From: Camelus ferus
Lineage: Eukaryota
DNA length: 64,000 bases
Direction: 5' to 3'
Assembly: GCF_009834535.1 (NCBI RefSeq)
Contig: NC_045705.1
Coordinates: 63,798,001-63,862,000 of the forward strand
Part shown: positions 30,027 through 47,000 of the stretch, piece by piece
Numbering within the stretch: position 1 is the stretch's first letter
Layout of the letters: every line of letters begins with the position of its first letter
Notes under the pieces: model-generated
What the model saw: only the letters and a program-made list of their open reading frames with translations
Told to the model about the DNA's origin: nothing
Database searches by the model: none
Translations under genes and position numbers: made by a program

Positions 30027-30873
30027 CACCTTATTTTTTATTATAAATCACAGTATCATAGTTACCTTTGTTTTTTTTTTTCTAACTTTATTATTATGAA
30101 CAATTTCAAACATGCAAAAGTAGAAGGAAAAGTATAAGAAACTACCATTATCCATCACCTGGCTTCAACAATTATCAATATATTGCCAACCTTGTTTTAT
30201 CTGCTCCTCTGCCTTTGTTTTTTAGTATAATTCATTTAATTGTAAGTTCATTAATTTTTAAAAAAATGGCTGTGTTTAACTACTGGCTTGCAAAATTCCT
30301 GAAATATTAATGATTGGCTCTTGTAGGGGGCTCCAACATACCACTGTCGGCAGGTAAGTTTGCTCTTGTGGGGAAGCTGGCCTGGAAAAGAAGAGAGGAG
30401 GGAGTCCAGGCTGTTGAGACCCACCCATCTGCTTCCTTGCCTGGTCACGGTGGAGGGTATCCCCATGAAGTCTGAGCATCTCCATGAAGTTTGAGCATCT
30501 GACTGATGGCCTCAACCATTCTAGCAAAGATGAGGCATGAATGAGAACGGGTGTGTGACAGCTCTAAGAAAGCAAGTGGTCTCTGTTCTTGCAGGAGAGT
30601 GAGTAGGTCAGACTCTTCTACTTACATACATACAAAAACTTACTCAGGCAACAGGGAGTTGGTTCAAGGACACATAACTTCTGCTGAGCCTTTGTCATAG
30701 GCCTGCATCTCATGATGTTTCTGCTTCTCTGAATGGCCCTTTTATCAGGCAGGGCACAGATTGCATGCTCATTCTGGGTTAACTGAGGTGAGCTTGATTA
30801 AAGGACTATCTACAGAAGTGTGGGCAGAGGTGAAGGAACAGACGGCTCGCCAGTTCTGGAGGTCTCATGGGGG

Positions 30874-31398
30874 TGTTACCTGAGAGTAGGTTCTTGTTTC
30901 CTCACAGAAACAATTTAGAGACCAGACACGGAGACCAAGAAAGCAAAGTGAGGATTTACTAACCAATAGTACTCTCTTAGAAGGGACAGCAGGCAGGGTC
31001 AGGTGAGTAGCTGCCCCGAGGTCCTTTGGCAAGTTGGTTATACTAGGTGTGAAAATAATTGGGCGGAATATTCATTGAGGAGGGAGGTGTTTGGCATATT
31101 TCCAGATTTTCCTCCCAGCTCCACCTTCCAGAAGGAAGGAGGGATTTTTGTCCTTATTTGGTCTTGATTGGAAGTGTCCTAGCATTAGTGCATGATGAGT
31201 ACTTCTTATCTGCAAGGTTAATTTTATCATAATAAGAGCATAATTGGGCAAAAGGTTACATTCGGATGCAGAGATTCCCGCCTTCTGCCGCCTTCCTTCA
31301 CCTGCCCCTAGGACTCCTGTCTCCACCAGATGTATTGTTTCTTGCCACATGGACAGTGCCCCTCTTTCTCTGCGGAAATCTAGCTGACTGCCTAAGGT
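30874..31398 (-). mobile_element. Probable ERV1-class solo LTR ~450 bp upstream of the POLR2G promoter
   Basis: Begins TGTTACC, contains aaagcaaagtgaggatttact and ends ctagctgactgcctaa, resembling reverse-oriented ERV1 LTRs. Confidence 0.45.
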
Positions 31399-31539
31399 AG
31401 TGTGGGGGGAGGTGAGTGGAAGGGAGGAGTGGAGTGACGTGAGGTTCTCTTCACACCGGGAGGAGGCGCTGCCTTCTGGGCTCTGATAGGCAGCTTCATC
31501 TCCAGACTACCAGCAACCGGTAGTGAATGCCTGAATTTA

Positions 31540-31700
31540 CAAAAGTCTTGGAGTCAGAATCCGGACCCTGAGTGACCTTGAGTGACCTCAATCCTCTGAG
31601 CCTGGGGTCTTATTTGTAAATGGGAAGAATAATAATAATAAAGCCCACCTGGTGGGATTGCTGTATGGATTAAATGAGATAAGAACGGCTATTTACTAAG
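31540..31700. mobile_element. MIR
   Basis: gtgaccttgagtgac...ctctgagcct...tttgtaaatggg...ggattaaatgagataa. Confidence 0.6.
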
Positions 31701-31829
31701 CTTACTATGTGAAAGCAGCCTTCAACTATTTGTTGAATAAGCGGACTCTGCCATCTTTCATTAATTAATTAACTCAATTTAAAAGTATTTATTGAGCATT
31801 TACTCTAGGCCAGGCACAGTTAATTTGTG

Positions 31830-32060
31830 ACAGGCGGGTTCTTTAGCCGCTGGTGCACTGGGCGGAGGGGCGGAGCTTCACGGATTCCCCGCCTACCACA
31901 GAGAGGCCCAATCAGGTCCGAGGAGGAGGCGAGTCCCGCCCACCTCTCCGCCGCAGGCCCGGAAGCCAGCTTCGCGAGGTTGCTGTACTTCCGGCGGTTC
32001 TGGTGGCTGGGTAGCGGTCCCTGGCGTGGGCTCGGCTGGTGCTCAGCCTCTTCGGGGAAG

Positions 32061-32070
<10 letters not shown>
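31830..32070 (+). promoter_or_regulatory. POLR2G promoter, CpG-rich
   Basis: GGGGCGG box ~31867, CCAAT ~31908, ETS-like CCGGAAG ~31960 and CTTCCGG ~31988 immediately upstream of ATG 32061. Confidence 0.7.
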
Positions 32071-35035
<2,965 letters not shown>

Positions 35036-36127
35036 GCACCGGGACCTCTTACCTTGTTTGGTCCTTACCTAGGAGGTGTGACTGTCACAATTCCCATGTT
35101 GTGCAGAGGCCGAGTCTAGCTGCTGTTGGGGAGGCAAGGGAGTTACCTTATCATGAGAAGAGATCTGGTTCTGGTGCTTAGCATCTACTTCTAGCTTTTT
35201 GTCTGTGTGTTCTAACCATAAAAGGTTCTTGATTCCCATGGAAGTGTCATCTCCTTTCTTTGGTAAGAATTCTTTTAAAAAAAAGTCTGGAGGGCCAGTT
35301 GCTTGCTGGATCCTCTTTTCTTAGCCTGATGCCTTAACTCACCTCGGCCACCAGGGATGTAACTAACCCTTTTCCAAGGTCTAACATTGACCTCATTGAA
35401 GGGAAGGCACTCATGTTGGGTCTTTGGCTTTTAGCAAATGATACTATCATTAGAGCCACTCTGAGCCCCAGGCTCGTTTCAGTGTATTTGCCCTTTCCCC
35501 ACCCTTAAAAATACCCAAGAGCATAGCTGGGGAGAGGGAAGAGGAGACCGCAGGTAGGGAGATGTGAACAGTAAAATGTAGTGATACAGATTGTGGGGTC
35601 CCAGCCCTTCTTAGGATGGGCACATAAACAACAGAGGCCTTTATTTGCTCATCAATCACTACACTAAACTCAACCGAAGATGTGAAAGGGCTCAAAATTT
35701 CATTAGGGTAAATCAACAAAAATACATGAAATAAGAAGATTAAACAAACGTGCAACCCACCTTCACACTATGCCTTTGCAATACTATTTGTCTACTTTGG
35801 AATGCCCTTTCCCAACCTATCTGCTTGCTGCCTACTAATCTATCAAGTCTCAGTCAAAAAATTTTTTTTCTCTAGCTTTCCTTGACTTCCATGGGAAGCA
35901 GAGCTGTGTAGTAGAAAGCATAATATTTGGGTTGATACAGAGCTGGGTTTCAGTCCTAGCCGGGTGACCTTATGTTTCCTCATTGTAAAGTGGTCCTACA
36001 GCCCTCTTTGGGTGGTTGCTGCTGGTATCAGAGATCGTTTGTGCAAGTGGCTGGCATAGAGCCTGGCCTGTGATAGGCACTCAACTGCTAATTATAATCA
36101 TTGCTACATAGTGCATACAAAGCTGTG

Positions 36128-36335
36128 ATTATCAACTGGGGTGATTTTGGCCCCGGGGGGACATTTCATAGTGATACTTCTGGTTATCACAACTGGGTGG
36201 GGGATGCAACTGCCTTCTAATGGGTAGAGGCAGGGATCCAGGGATGCTGCTAGGCATCCTACAATGTATAGGGCAGCCCCCACAACAAAGAATTATCTGG
36301 CCCCAAATGTTATTCGTGTCAAGGTCCAGAAAATC
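36128..36335. mobile_element. MER20 (hAT-Charlie) DNA transposon
   Basis: ggggtgattttggcccc...ggggacattt...gggtagaggc...gggatgctgct...ccacaacaaagaattatctggccccaaatgt. Confidence 0.75.
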
Positions 36336-38289
36336 TGATTTGAAGCATCCAGAAGAGTGCTTGGAAACTGGTAAGAAAAAGGCATTTGAATGTGTTTCCT
36401 TTTCCCTCACCTCACCATTCCTGGACAACAGGCTCTTCCATTCATACCCCCGTAGTATGTCACAAAACACATATTTTGTTATTGTCTCCCTTTCCATTTT
36501 TTTATTATATAAAATTGCAGTTACTTTATTGAGATCATTGTAGATTCACATGCCTCCCTTTCATTTTTGTATCTCCAGCTCTCAGCACTGTGTCAAGGTT
36601 TCCAAGTTTGTTGAGTCCAGGAAAGTTTCTGTGCTGGATTTGCAATGAATTTTCCCATGGACACAATGATCAGGTTGTGATACCCTTCATATCACTGAGT
36701 TGATTACACAGGTTGTAGGGATTTTCCCTGTGCCCTCAACACCATGTATCTCCCTGAGAGTAAAATTCTTCCTAAGTTCTCAAATGGAATCACGCATCTG
36801 TAAGTTGTATTGGGGATACCCGGAAAGTAATACCAGGCCTAGAAGGAAGAGACTGATGGACAGAGAAGCAGCTCATGGAACTGCTGGTGAGGATGTTGGG
36901 TGTGGCACTGGGTCGGGAAGGGAGTAAGTGGGGATGGCCTGAGATGGTTTCCAGGACTCTTCTGATCTTACAAGGCTTGGTACTAGGGGAGTCTGAAAGT
37001 TACAGACTCTTAAAGAGGTCACAGGCTTAATAGTAAGAGGAGTATGTGCCTGGGAACATGCTAAGTCCTTTACATGCCTTTACACACAGGAGTGAATTTT
37101 CACAACAGTTCCATGAAACAGATTCTGTCATCCCACTGTATGGTTAATAAAACAAATCAGAGAGATGAACTAACATGCCTAAGTTCACACAACTAGTGAG
37201 TAGTGGAGCTGTGATTTTTTTTTAAACAATCTAACTCCAAAATCATCATAGCTCTTTGTGCCCAGCACTGGGTGGCTGGAGAATAAGTGGGAACCACCTT
37301 TTCCCCATCTGTGGCCATGTAGGTCTCATTGCTGCTTTCCGTGGCCCCTGCCGCCAAGGTTGACAATGGCTGTCCGTACCAATAACAAGGAGATCTGCCA
37401 ACAGCCCAAATTCTGCTGAGCTGATCTCAGATTCAAAACCTTACAGGATACCCCGCCTTCCCTTCATGCGTAGATGGGTAGACACTCCAGTATCCAAAGC
37501 ACAGTCCCGAAATTACTCCAAATGTCATTTTGAATATGACTGAAGAGACTCGCAGGGTTCTAGTCTCCTTAGGTGGTGTTGCTATGGCAACCCCAGTCCC
37601 ATCCATCTGGCTTTCTCAGTTCTGGTCTCAGAGGATCTTTCCTAGAAGCAGCAGAAGCATCTAACCCTAAGAGGGAGGAAGAGCAGGTGTGCACATTTAT
37701 GCTCCCCTGCAGAAAGCTCCCTTCTATAATAAATAGCCCATTATAAACGATACCATCTTGGATGGACAGAAAGGAATTTTACTGTCTGCCTCCTTATGTG
37801 TGAGTGCAAGTTCCACTACCAACTGTCAGTCTACATTATCTCATTTAATCTATGATAACCCTATGAGGTGGGTATTAATTACTCCAGATTGTAGAATGTG
37901 ATTAGGTAATTTGCCCTAAAGCAGTATCAGAGTTGCAACTCGTGTCGGTCTTACTCCAAATACCATCCTTTAACTCACCAAGCCCACGGCTTTTCAATTA
38001 AAAACTGCCCAAGTTCGGGAGAGTGTGCGTGTAAAACGGTCAAGGAAGTCTATGAGACAAGTGAGGGCTTACTGGTCAGAAAAAGGGGAGATACGAGGTA
38101 CGGTACTAGAATGGGCAGAGCCCTGGAGTCTGGAGCTTGCACAGGGTGTTTGGCCCTGTCAGAACACCCTTCTGTCCGCAGACAATACCTACCGAGAACC
38201 CCATTCATCCTTCGGGGAAAGGAAAGTGGCAGGTGATGTTGGAGAGGTAAGTTGAGCCCCACCAAGTAGGCAAGAAAACTAACGCAGAC

Positions 38290-39000
38290 GCCGAAGTATA
38301 AAGCTTCGCTGCAGTCGCGTAAATGCAAGTGCTCAGAAACTCAGGAGCAACGACCAAGGGATTGGGAATGCCTTCCCTAAGAACATGCTTACTAAAACGT
38401 ACAACGAGCCATTCACACCCCGCAAAAATCTCAAGAGCTGTTGCTTTAAGAAGTGCGACTCTCCAGCGTCACGTGATCCCTGGCGCCCTGGGTCTTCTAC
38501 AGCGCCATCGCAGTGGCCAATCGCGTGGCGAGAAGCTTCTTGGAGGGCGGGAACGCCTCAAGTCGCCCGCCGATTGGCTGTGTGCGTGGAGGGCGGGGCC
38601 TGGGACCCGAGAGAGGGAATTAGTGGGAGCGGGGTGAGTGGGAGCTGCCGCCACCGCGGTCTCGGTAACAGCCTTCGCCGTGCGGGAGCCCTCAGGTGAG
38701 CAGGCCCTCATAGGCCCGTCCCGCTAGGCGCTGCGCGCTCACCGGCCTTAGAGCCCGCTCCGCTGGGGGCCCGCCCCCTTCGTTGCCCACGTGACCTAAG
38801 TTCGGTAACCCCTGACCTCCTCCCTACCCCACCGCCTCTAGATCTGGGATGAAGCGAGGCTTGGTGGGAGGATGCGCATCACGGAGGCCTGTAGAGGTCA
38901 GTTCCCACGCCTTCTTACCGGTGTGGCTAGTGACTGAGGATGTGGAGGAGCGGGAGACGTTGGTTAGAGCCCGGACTTTGTGGCGTTTAATATGGGCACA
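38290..39000 (+). promoter_or_regulatory. TAF6L promoter and non-coding first exon (donor at 38695/38696)
   Basis: CpG-rich; GTCACGTGAT E-box ~38468; opposed CCAAT/ATTGG boxes ~38516 and ~38573; GGGCGGG boxes; cctcag|gtgagc donor. Confidence 0.7.
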
Positions 39001-39399
39001 TAATAGGGAAACTTCCGCGTGGGCAGGACTTCGTGCTCCCATTTTACAGATGGAGAAAGAAGCTTAACGAGTATACATTAGCGGATCTCCAACGCCAAGT
39101 CTCCGGGCTGGGCATCCAGGCTTCGTTCCGTACACAGCCCTCCGCTTTTCGTGATTCGGAACAAGAGTTTGAGCCTGCTCCCTACCGACGTAGTGCTCTC
39201 CAGATGATCTTGAGAAAGTCTTTTAACATTTAGCCTCTCAGAGCTTTGATTTCCTTGGCTGTGAAATAGCCATGATACTTACATAATACCTATCTTATTA
39301 ATGCGGACAGAATGAGGTATAAGCCATATAAAGCACTTAGTTCAATGCCTCAGGCATAGTGTGTGCTTAGAAAAATCGCTATTCTTTATTCTTTTTTCA

Positions 39400-39950
39400 G
39401 CAAGTGTTTATTGAAACCGTGTTATGTGCTGACACCGTGTCTGAGGGTGGGGATGCAAAGGTGAGCAAACAGGCATGATCCTTGCCAGCGTGGAGCTTAC
39501 AATCTAGTGGGGAGGTAGGTGTTAATAAATTCCACGAATGTATAATTACAAACTCTGATAACTGCTTTGAAGCAAAGTACTGGGACATTGTAGGGGTCTG
39601 AGAAGCCTTCCCTGAGCAAGTGATGTTTAAGTGGAGATCTGAAGGAGTGACTAGACACTCCTTCAGAGTGACTAGGAGCTCACTAGACAAAGGGATTGGG
39701 GGAAGAAGAGAGCATTCCAAGTAGAGGAAACACAATGTGTGAATGTCCTGAAATAAGGTGTTTTTGAGGAAATTAAGAGAGGTCACGGGAATACAGAACA
39801 CAAGAGAGAGTGGAAAGAGGTGTTGGCAGATGTAGGCGCACATGCAGGACTTGGAGCTGTGGCACAGGTTTGCTCTCTATTCCAAAGGCCACGGGGAGCC
39901 ATTGGTAGAAATGCCGCGGGGAGGCCAGGTAGGTGCCCATTGGGTTTAGG
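39400..39950 (-). mobile_element. L2 fragment in TAF6L intron 1
   Basis: ttcagcaagtgtttattga...gagcttacaatctagtgggg...gaagccttccctgagcaagtgatgttt. Confidence 0.65.
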
Positions 39951-41019
39951 GACCTGGAGGTCACCAGCCATGCCAGAGAGCAGTGGTGTGGCAGCTCCTG
40001 GGTGGGTTATGGTGAAACTGGGCCTTGCTGCCCGTGGTGCTGATGCCTCCCTTTGGCCTGCGTGGGCCAGCCTTCCAGTTGTGCTGTGTGTTGTTGGAGT
40101 CAGTCAGTTGCTGGGTTCTTTTTCTGCTGTATCCTGTGAATGGAAGAGCATGCTCCTGCTTTTAGGCCTTGTAGCCAAACTGGGGAAGACCAGACAATGG
40201 GCAAAAAGCCTGACTATTAAAAGCCTGACAATCCCAGATGAGGAAGACCTCAAAAGAGAGACCGGATTTGCCTTAGAAAAGAAAGGGGGTGGGGACTCAG
40301 AGTAGAGAGGGAGACAGACCAGCTTGAGCCCTGATGGGAAGACACGAGGCTGGGCTTACTAGGAGGAAAGATCAGCTTGAACAGCTGTCTAGATTTGGGA
40401 CCAAACACAGAATGTCAAGCCAGGGAGTTGGGACTTTCCTTTTATGAGTCGTGGAGAAGTACTGAAGACTTTTGAGCAACGGGCTGTCAGGGCTAACGTA
40501 GTCTTTTCATCAATGTTTAGTACCTGCTGGTTGATCAGAAGGAAGAAAACATGAAATTTTTGTTTATAATTACCAGTGGTAATATCTTCCATGTGTGTAG
40601 TGTTCCAGCCCCTGAGTTTCTCATACAGCATCTCATTTCATCCTTATAGCCACCCTGAGAGTTAGGGAGGGCAGGGATTATCGCCACTGTTTTACCAGGC
40701 TCAGACTGTTGAAGGTCTCAGCCAGACTGACATAGGAAGTGGTAGGGCAGGGCTGGGACCCAGTTCTGTAAACCCAAGGCCAGGCATTTTCTCAGGCGTC
40801 ACTGTCGTCTGTCTTTTGGCCCAGCTCAAGTCTGTTTTGTGCCCTGAGCCTCAAGTTTCCTCACCTGGATGCTAGGAGCCTTTGTGGCTCCTTATTCGGG
40901 CATTCTGGAGCAAGAACAGCAAGATTGGTTTAGAGGGCTTGGAATCAGGCTCCTGGGCTCTAAGGGAGACTGGGCTGGCTTTTCAAACCATCCTCCCCAC
41001 CCTCAGCTCCCTCAGAGCC

Positions 41020-44000
41020 ATGTCAGAGCGCGAAGAGCGGCGGTTTGTGGAGATCCCTCGGGAGTCTGTCCGGCTCATGGCCGAGAGCACAGGCCTGGAG
41101 CTGAGCGATGAGGTGGCGGCCCTGCTTGCAGAGGATGTGTGCTACCGTCTCAGAGAGGCCACCCAGGTACACTCCCCCCCACCCCCAATACCTCCCAACT
41201 CTCTGGTTCCTCCCTTTGACCACCCCCTCCCCCAGGAGTTATTTAACAAGTATAGGTGAGGCACCTGCCCCGTGCTTGGAGGGAACACAGTGGAGGCAGT
41301 CAGTCCCTGCTCTTTCTGGAGTTTCCTCCAGCTGGGCTTCCAGCAAGCTGAGCTCTTGCTGGGCATCTTCTCCCTACCACAGCCCCGCTGGGCCGGCCAA
41401 GCAGGTTCATATTCACATTCTTCATGTGAGAAACGCAGTCACAGAGAGGAAATCTGACCTTGGGGGTTGTTTGCCCCCTGCTCCTTGTCCCCTGACTCTG
41501 TTCTTCCCCTCCTAGAATAGCTCTCAATTCATGAAACACACCAAACGGCGGAAGCTGACCGTCGAGGATTTCAACAGGGCCCTCAGATGGAGCAGTGTGG
41601 AGGTGAGTGGGGGGCAGGCTGCAGAGGGCTCAGCTGGCATGAGCCTCCTCCAGGCCCTGCTCAGGGCTGGCAGCACAGCGAGATGTGAAGACCACATACC
41701 CACACAAGGGAAGCTCATGGCTGGGCCCCGCCCCAGGGGCTAAGAGTTCAGAAGACGGGGGGGAGGCATGGAGGTTAGGAAGTGCTTCTTGAAAAAAATA
41801 GGAATTGAGTTGAGCCTTAAAGGAAAGTTTGGGTTAGACTAAGTTACAAGGAAGAGAGGGCACTCTGGGGGAGGGAGGAGCCTGAGCACAACTGTGGGTG
41901 TTAGAATGTCCTGTACAGTTGTTCTGGGGGTCCAGGGAGGAAAGCTGTGTATAGAGGAGAGCCATGTTTTCAAGTTGGGCAGGCGAAGTGAGAGTCGGAG
42001 GACCAGCAGCCCGAGGGGTGGGCCTCAGAGTCCCTCCGGCTCTGTGAGGAAGAACCACGTTCTACTCCCTGACATACCGAGCACCGGACATTCCAGCCAA
42101 GTTCCCAGTGATGGGCCTGAAGCCCCAGGCATCCCCCCGCCTTTGTTGTAGGACTTCTGGACTTTCCCTCAAATGGGCTCCCTGCCCTGGTCAATAGAGC
42201 ATGTCTTCCCTCCCTGGATTCAGCCTGCTCCCAATCCTCTTCCTCAGGCTGTGTGCGGTTATGGATCCCAGGAGGCGCTGCCCCTGCGTCCCGCCAGGGA
42301 GGGTGAGCTCTATTTCCCTGAGGACCGGGAGGTGAACCTGGTGGAGCTGGCCCTGGCCACCAACATCCCCAAAGGCTGTGCTGAGACAGCTGTGAGAGGT
42401 GACCGCTGGGGTCCTGCATGGGGTGGGGACAGGAACTGGGCTGTCAGAGGACTGGTGATGGGCTGGCTGTGCCTGGGGCAGAAGCCAGAGGGGTGGGTGG
42501 TGGTACAAGGGGCAAAACCCCAGGCTGACTCATCTCTCTGCTCTGGTTCTAGTTCATGTCTCCTACCTAGATGGCAAAGGGAACCTGGCACCTCAAGGAT
42601 CGGGTAAGGGCTAGTGTGGGAAATGGGCCCCCTGCTTGGACTTTCCTCCCTCGAGAGCTGAGGGTGTCAGCCTTTATCTGACAAGCATTTTCCAGGGCCT
42701 GAGCGATGCCTGTCCCGAGTGGGCCCTGGTCCCTGCCCAGAGGCCTCAGAGTTGGAGATGAGATCCCAGATCTATAAGCAATCATGAGGCCATGCTGGAT
42801 GCCTGCACAGGAGTCTGGGTGGCCTGCTGGGGTCCCTAAGGTGTCACACTTCCAGGGTCTGCTGAGTGAAGCTTTCCAGAGCCTGAGGCTTATGAACTTG
42901 GGGCTTGGGGACTAAGCAGGAGTCTTCCTGGCTGTGGACAGGTGGGAGACAGTGGACAGAGCAGGGGTGTGGAGAGCTTGCAAGGTCAGGGCTGAGCAGG
43001 CTGCTCAGAGGGGCTGGTGGCTCTGTGCTCCGGGAGTCCTGTCTGAACGGGCTCCTTGTGGGGGGCATGGGGATGGTGGTTGTAGGCAGCAGGTGAGGAG
43101 GTTGAGAGATGGCTGGGTTCCACCCTGACCACCTCTTGCCCACCCTCTCGCAGTGCCCAGCGCCGTGTCTTCACTGACTGATGACCTTCTCAAGTACTAC
43201 CAGCAGGTGACTCGGGCTGTGCTGGGGGATGACCCACAGCTGATGAAGGTGAGTGAGTGGGCCTGAACTGGGGCATGAGTCCAACTTTCAAATCACCGTG
43301 GAATTCCTTCAGATGCCTACTTCCTGTCCCCTCCACGCTGATGGGGGTGGGAGCTTCTCTCGGTGAGGGGCATGGTGCTCCGCGGCTGGTTCTCCTCCAA
43401 TACTGCCTCCCCTTCCTACTGTAGGAGGAACCCTTGTTCCTTAGGGAATGGGCAGCTCAGCAGGGCCATTTGGGGGGGCCTCAGGTGGTCAGTCTCCCTA
43501 CACCCTAATTCCAGAGCCCACTCTTTGGGGCGTCTGTTGACCTGGGGCCCCTTGGGGCATCCACAGTGCAGCTTTCATTTGCTTGGACTTGAGTGGGAAA
43601 GGAGAAGAGGAAGAAGGGTCCAGGCTAGGCTGCCCGGTCAGGCCTCACACCAGCCCTGGCTGCATCTCGAGCTCCACTGAGCTCCCTGGACAGTGCCTGT
43701 GTCAGGCGTCTTCCGTCCAGAGTCAGAGGAGGGCTGGGTTGGTGATCTGCTTAACCACATGACCTCGGTCTGTTTGCGGGTTTTCCATCTTCCACATCTT
43801 CGCATGTCTGGCTGCCGCTGTTACTTCCCTTGCAAAATTCGGGCTATTGCTCCCATACATTCCCACCTTAGAAGCTCGGCTGCTGCTTCCCAGGCCCAGT
43901 GCAGGGGCCTGCACGGGGTGGGGGTGGGGCGGCTGGGAGCTGTGTCCCTTCCTCACTAGCTGTTGTCCACTCTCACAGCGCCTGAACTCAGTGTCTTTAT

Positions 44001-47000
44001 CCAGAGGAGTTGGGAGGGCACATGTGGTGGAGGTTCAGGACTAAGATGGTTTTACTCCTTTACCTACTGGAATGTATTTTTTCCGCTTAGAAAATACCAG
44101 CATACGTTTAGTATGGTACTGTAATGTAAAGATATACAAAGCAGGAAGTGAAATTCTGTAAAACCACCCACTCATTTTTTTTAATATATAAACTATACAA
44201 AGTTTATTGTCAACCAAAGTATTATACTAAACATCTGGTTTTAGAATAATTGCTTTTCTCAGTTAAAAATATGTTGAACATTTAGGTTGTATCCAGTTCT
44301 TTATTATTACAAACGGTGCTATGTGTTGGATATGTGCGTGAATGGGTTTCTTTTAAAGCGGGTTAAATTTGTAGACGTAGAATTACTGAGTCCAAGAATA
44401 TGAGCATTTAAAATTTTAATACATAAGTGCTAAGTTGCTCTTCAAAAAAATGTCGATTTCTACGTGGGGCTGGTGGATCCAGTGCAGTGTGGCCACTTCC
44501 CTTCCAGATTGCTCTCCAGGACCTGCAGACGAACTCCAAGATCGCAGCACTCCTGCCTTACTTTGTTTATGTGGTCAGTGGGGTAAGTGACCAGGCTGGG
44601 GCAGGGGGGGAATGTTTTGTGGGGAGAAGACTCAGCAGCTGGTAGGGCACACGGCAGGTGCTGTTGGGACGGCAGGCTCCTGTGCACCCTTGCGTCCCCC
44701 TCAGCAACCCTCTTCTGCCAACAGGTGAAATCTGTAAGCCACGACCTGGAGCAGCTGCACCGGCTCCTGCAAGTGGCACGGAGCCTGGTTCGGAACCCAC
44801 ACCTCTGCTTGGGGCCCTATGTCCGCTCGCTGGTGGGCAGTGTCCTCTACTGTGTCCTGGAACCCCTGGCAGCCTCCATCAACCCCTTAAACGACCACTG
44901 GACTCTGCGGGATGGCGCTGCCCTCCTGCTCAGCCACATCTTTTGGTAGCCACTGGGCCTAGAGCTGATCTGGGGCGGGGCTGCTGCAGAGCTGAGCAGG
45001 TTGGGGCAGGAGAGTGGGTGAAACTTCTGGCTTTGAGGCCATACATTGAGAGGTCAGGGAGCCTCTTCCCCTCACTCCCCTCAGGCTTCCTGGTTGTTAT
45101 GCCCTGGCACACTGGGATTCTACAGATGGGTGACAAATATGCCGGGGGTTGGTCCGTCAGCTGTCAGGTCCTGGGCCGGTCACCCCAGCCTCTTGGTCTG
45201 TTACCCCAGTGTTCCATGTGGGCGCTGTTTCCTCTGTGTGCTGGGACTTGAGTCCAGTTGGGCGGCGCCCTGCCTTGTTCCCCTGACTGAATGTTGCTCC
45301 CACAGGACTCATGGGGACCTCGTAAGTGGCCTCTATCAGCAGATCCTGCTGTCCCTGCAGAAGGTCTTGGCAGACCCCGTGAGACCTCTCTGCTCTCACT
45401 ATGGGGCCGTGGTGGGGCTGCATGCCCTCGGCTGGAAGGTGAGGACCCTAGCCTTTCTCACATAGCCATAAGAGCTCCTGTGTGTAGTTAGCAAAATAGT
45501 GTTTGTGTGTCTTTTTCATAAAAATTGTATATGTTTGCTGTTGTCTGTTGAGTTCCTGACTTAGGCCAGGCTCAGTGATTGCTTGGCTTCCTGTACATAA
45601 ATGTCTTATCTTTCAAAAACCCTGCATGGCAGATAGTATAATACCCTTATTTCATAAATTCCCACCCTTTCTGGGTTTTTAATTTTATTTATTTTTGTTA
45701 TTATTCTTTTAATGGAGGTACTGGGGATTGAACCCAGAACCTCGTGCATGCTAAGCAGGCACTCTACCACTGAGCTAAACCCTCCACCCTGCCCATTCTG
45801 TTTTATCACATTAAGGAACTATTTGTCAATTCCTCTTATACTATTTTAAACATGGAGATACTGAGTTTTATCAAATATCTTTTTAGCATCTGTGGAGATT
45901 ATCAGATGATTATGCACCTTAGTTCTGTCACTGTGACAAGCTATAAGAATGGGTATTTCTGCTGAACCACTCTTGCCTACATGGAATAAATTATGTTCAC
46001 TGTTATTGAGATTTTTATTGGAATTATGTGGAATCTATTAGTCAGTTTTGGAGAGAACTGACATTAATATTGTCTTCTTGTCCTTGAACCTCATCTCTCC
46101 ATTTTTTTAGGTCCTTCACTGTCTTTCAGGACCCTTTTCCCTTAAGACAACTTACAATAGCTTGTTAAATTTATTCCTAGATTCTTGCTGTTCTTTGATG
46201 CTGTTGTAATGCTGTCTTCTTTTCATGGTATTAATTTCTTATTGGTGTTTAGAAACACAAGTGACTTGTGTAGTGATTCAGCTACTTTACTGAACTATTA
46301 AACTGTGGATTATTTTGGGTTTTTAATGTAGATTATATCATGTGCAAATAATGACAGCTTTATTTTGCCTTTCTAAACCTAATGACTTTCTTTTTCTTAT
46401 TTTCCACTAATACCATTTTCCATATGATGGTAATGGGCATCCTTGTCTCATTTACAGTTTTAAAAGAAGTGCTAATAATAACATTTCCTATTCAGGCTGA
46501 TATTTACTTTGTGTGTTTATGGATACCTTTCTCAGATTAAGGAAATTACTTTATATTCCTAGTTTTATCATTAATTTATGTTAACTGTTATCAAATGCTC
46601 TGTCTTCTGAATTGATCCTATGGTTTTCCTGCTTTTATCTGTTAATGTGGTTAATTGTATATATAGATTTTCTAATAGTAAACCATCTTCACAATTCTAG
46701 GATAAACTCACTTTGGTCATGATATAGTCTTAAAAAAATGCAAAACTTTTATTGGAATTTTTAAAATATACTGTTGGGTTTACTGAAATTTTAAATGATT
46801 TATCTGTATTTATGAATGAACTCAATCATGAGTTTCCTCTCATGTACTGTCCTTATATGGTTTTAGTATCAGGGTTATACTGGCTTTATAGAATTAGGTA
46901 GAGAGGAAGTATTTCTTTTTTATATTTGTTCTTACAAGGTTGAGATGGTCTTTTCCTTGAATGTCTGTAGACTGTAAATTTTGGCATGGTGTTTTGTGGT

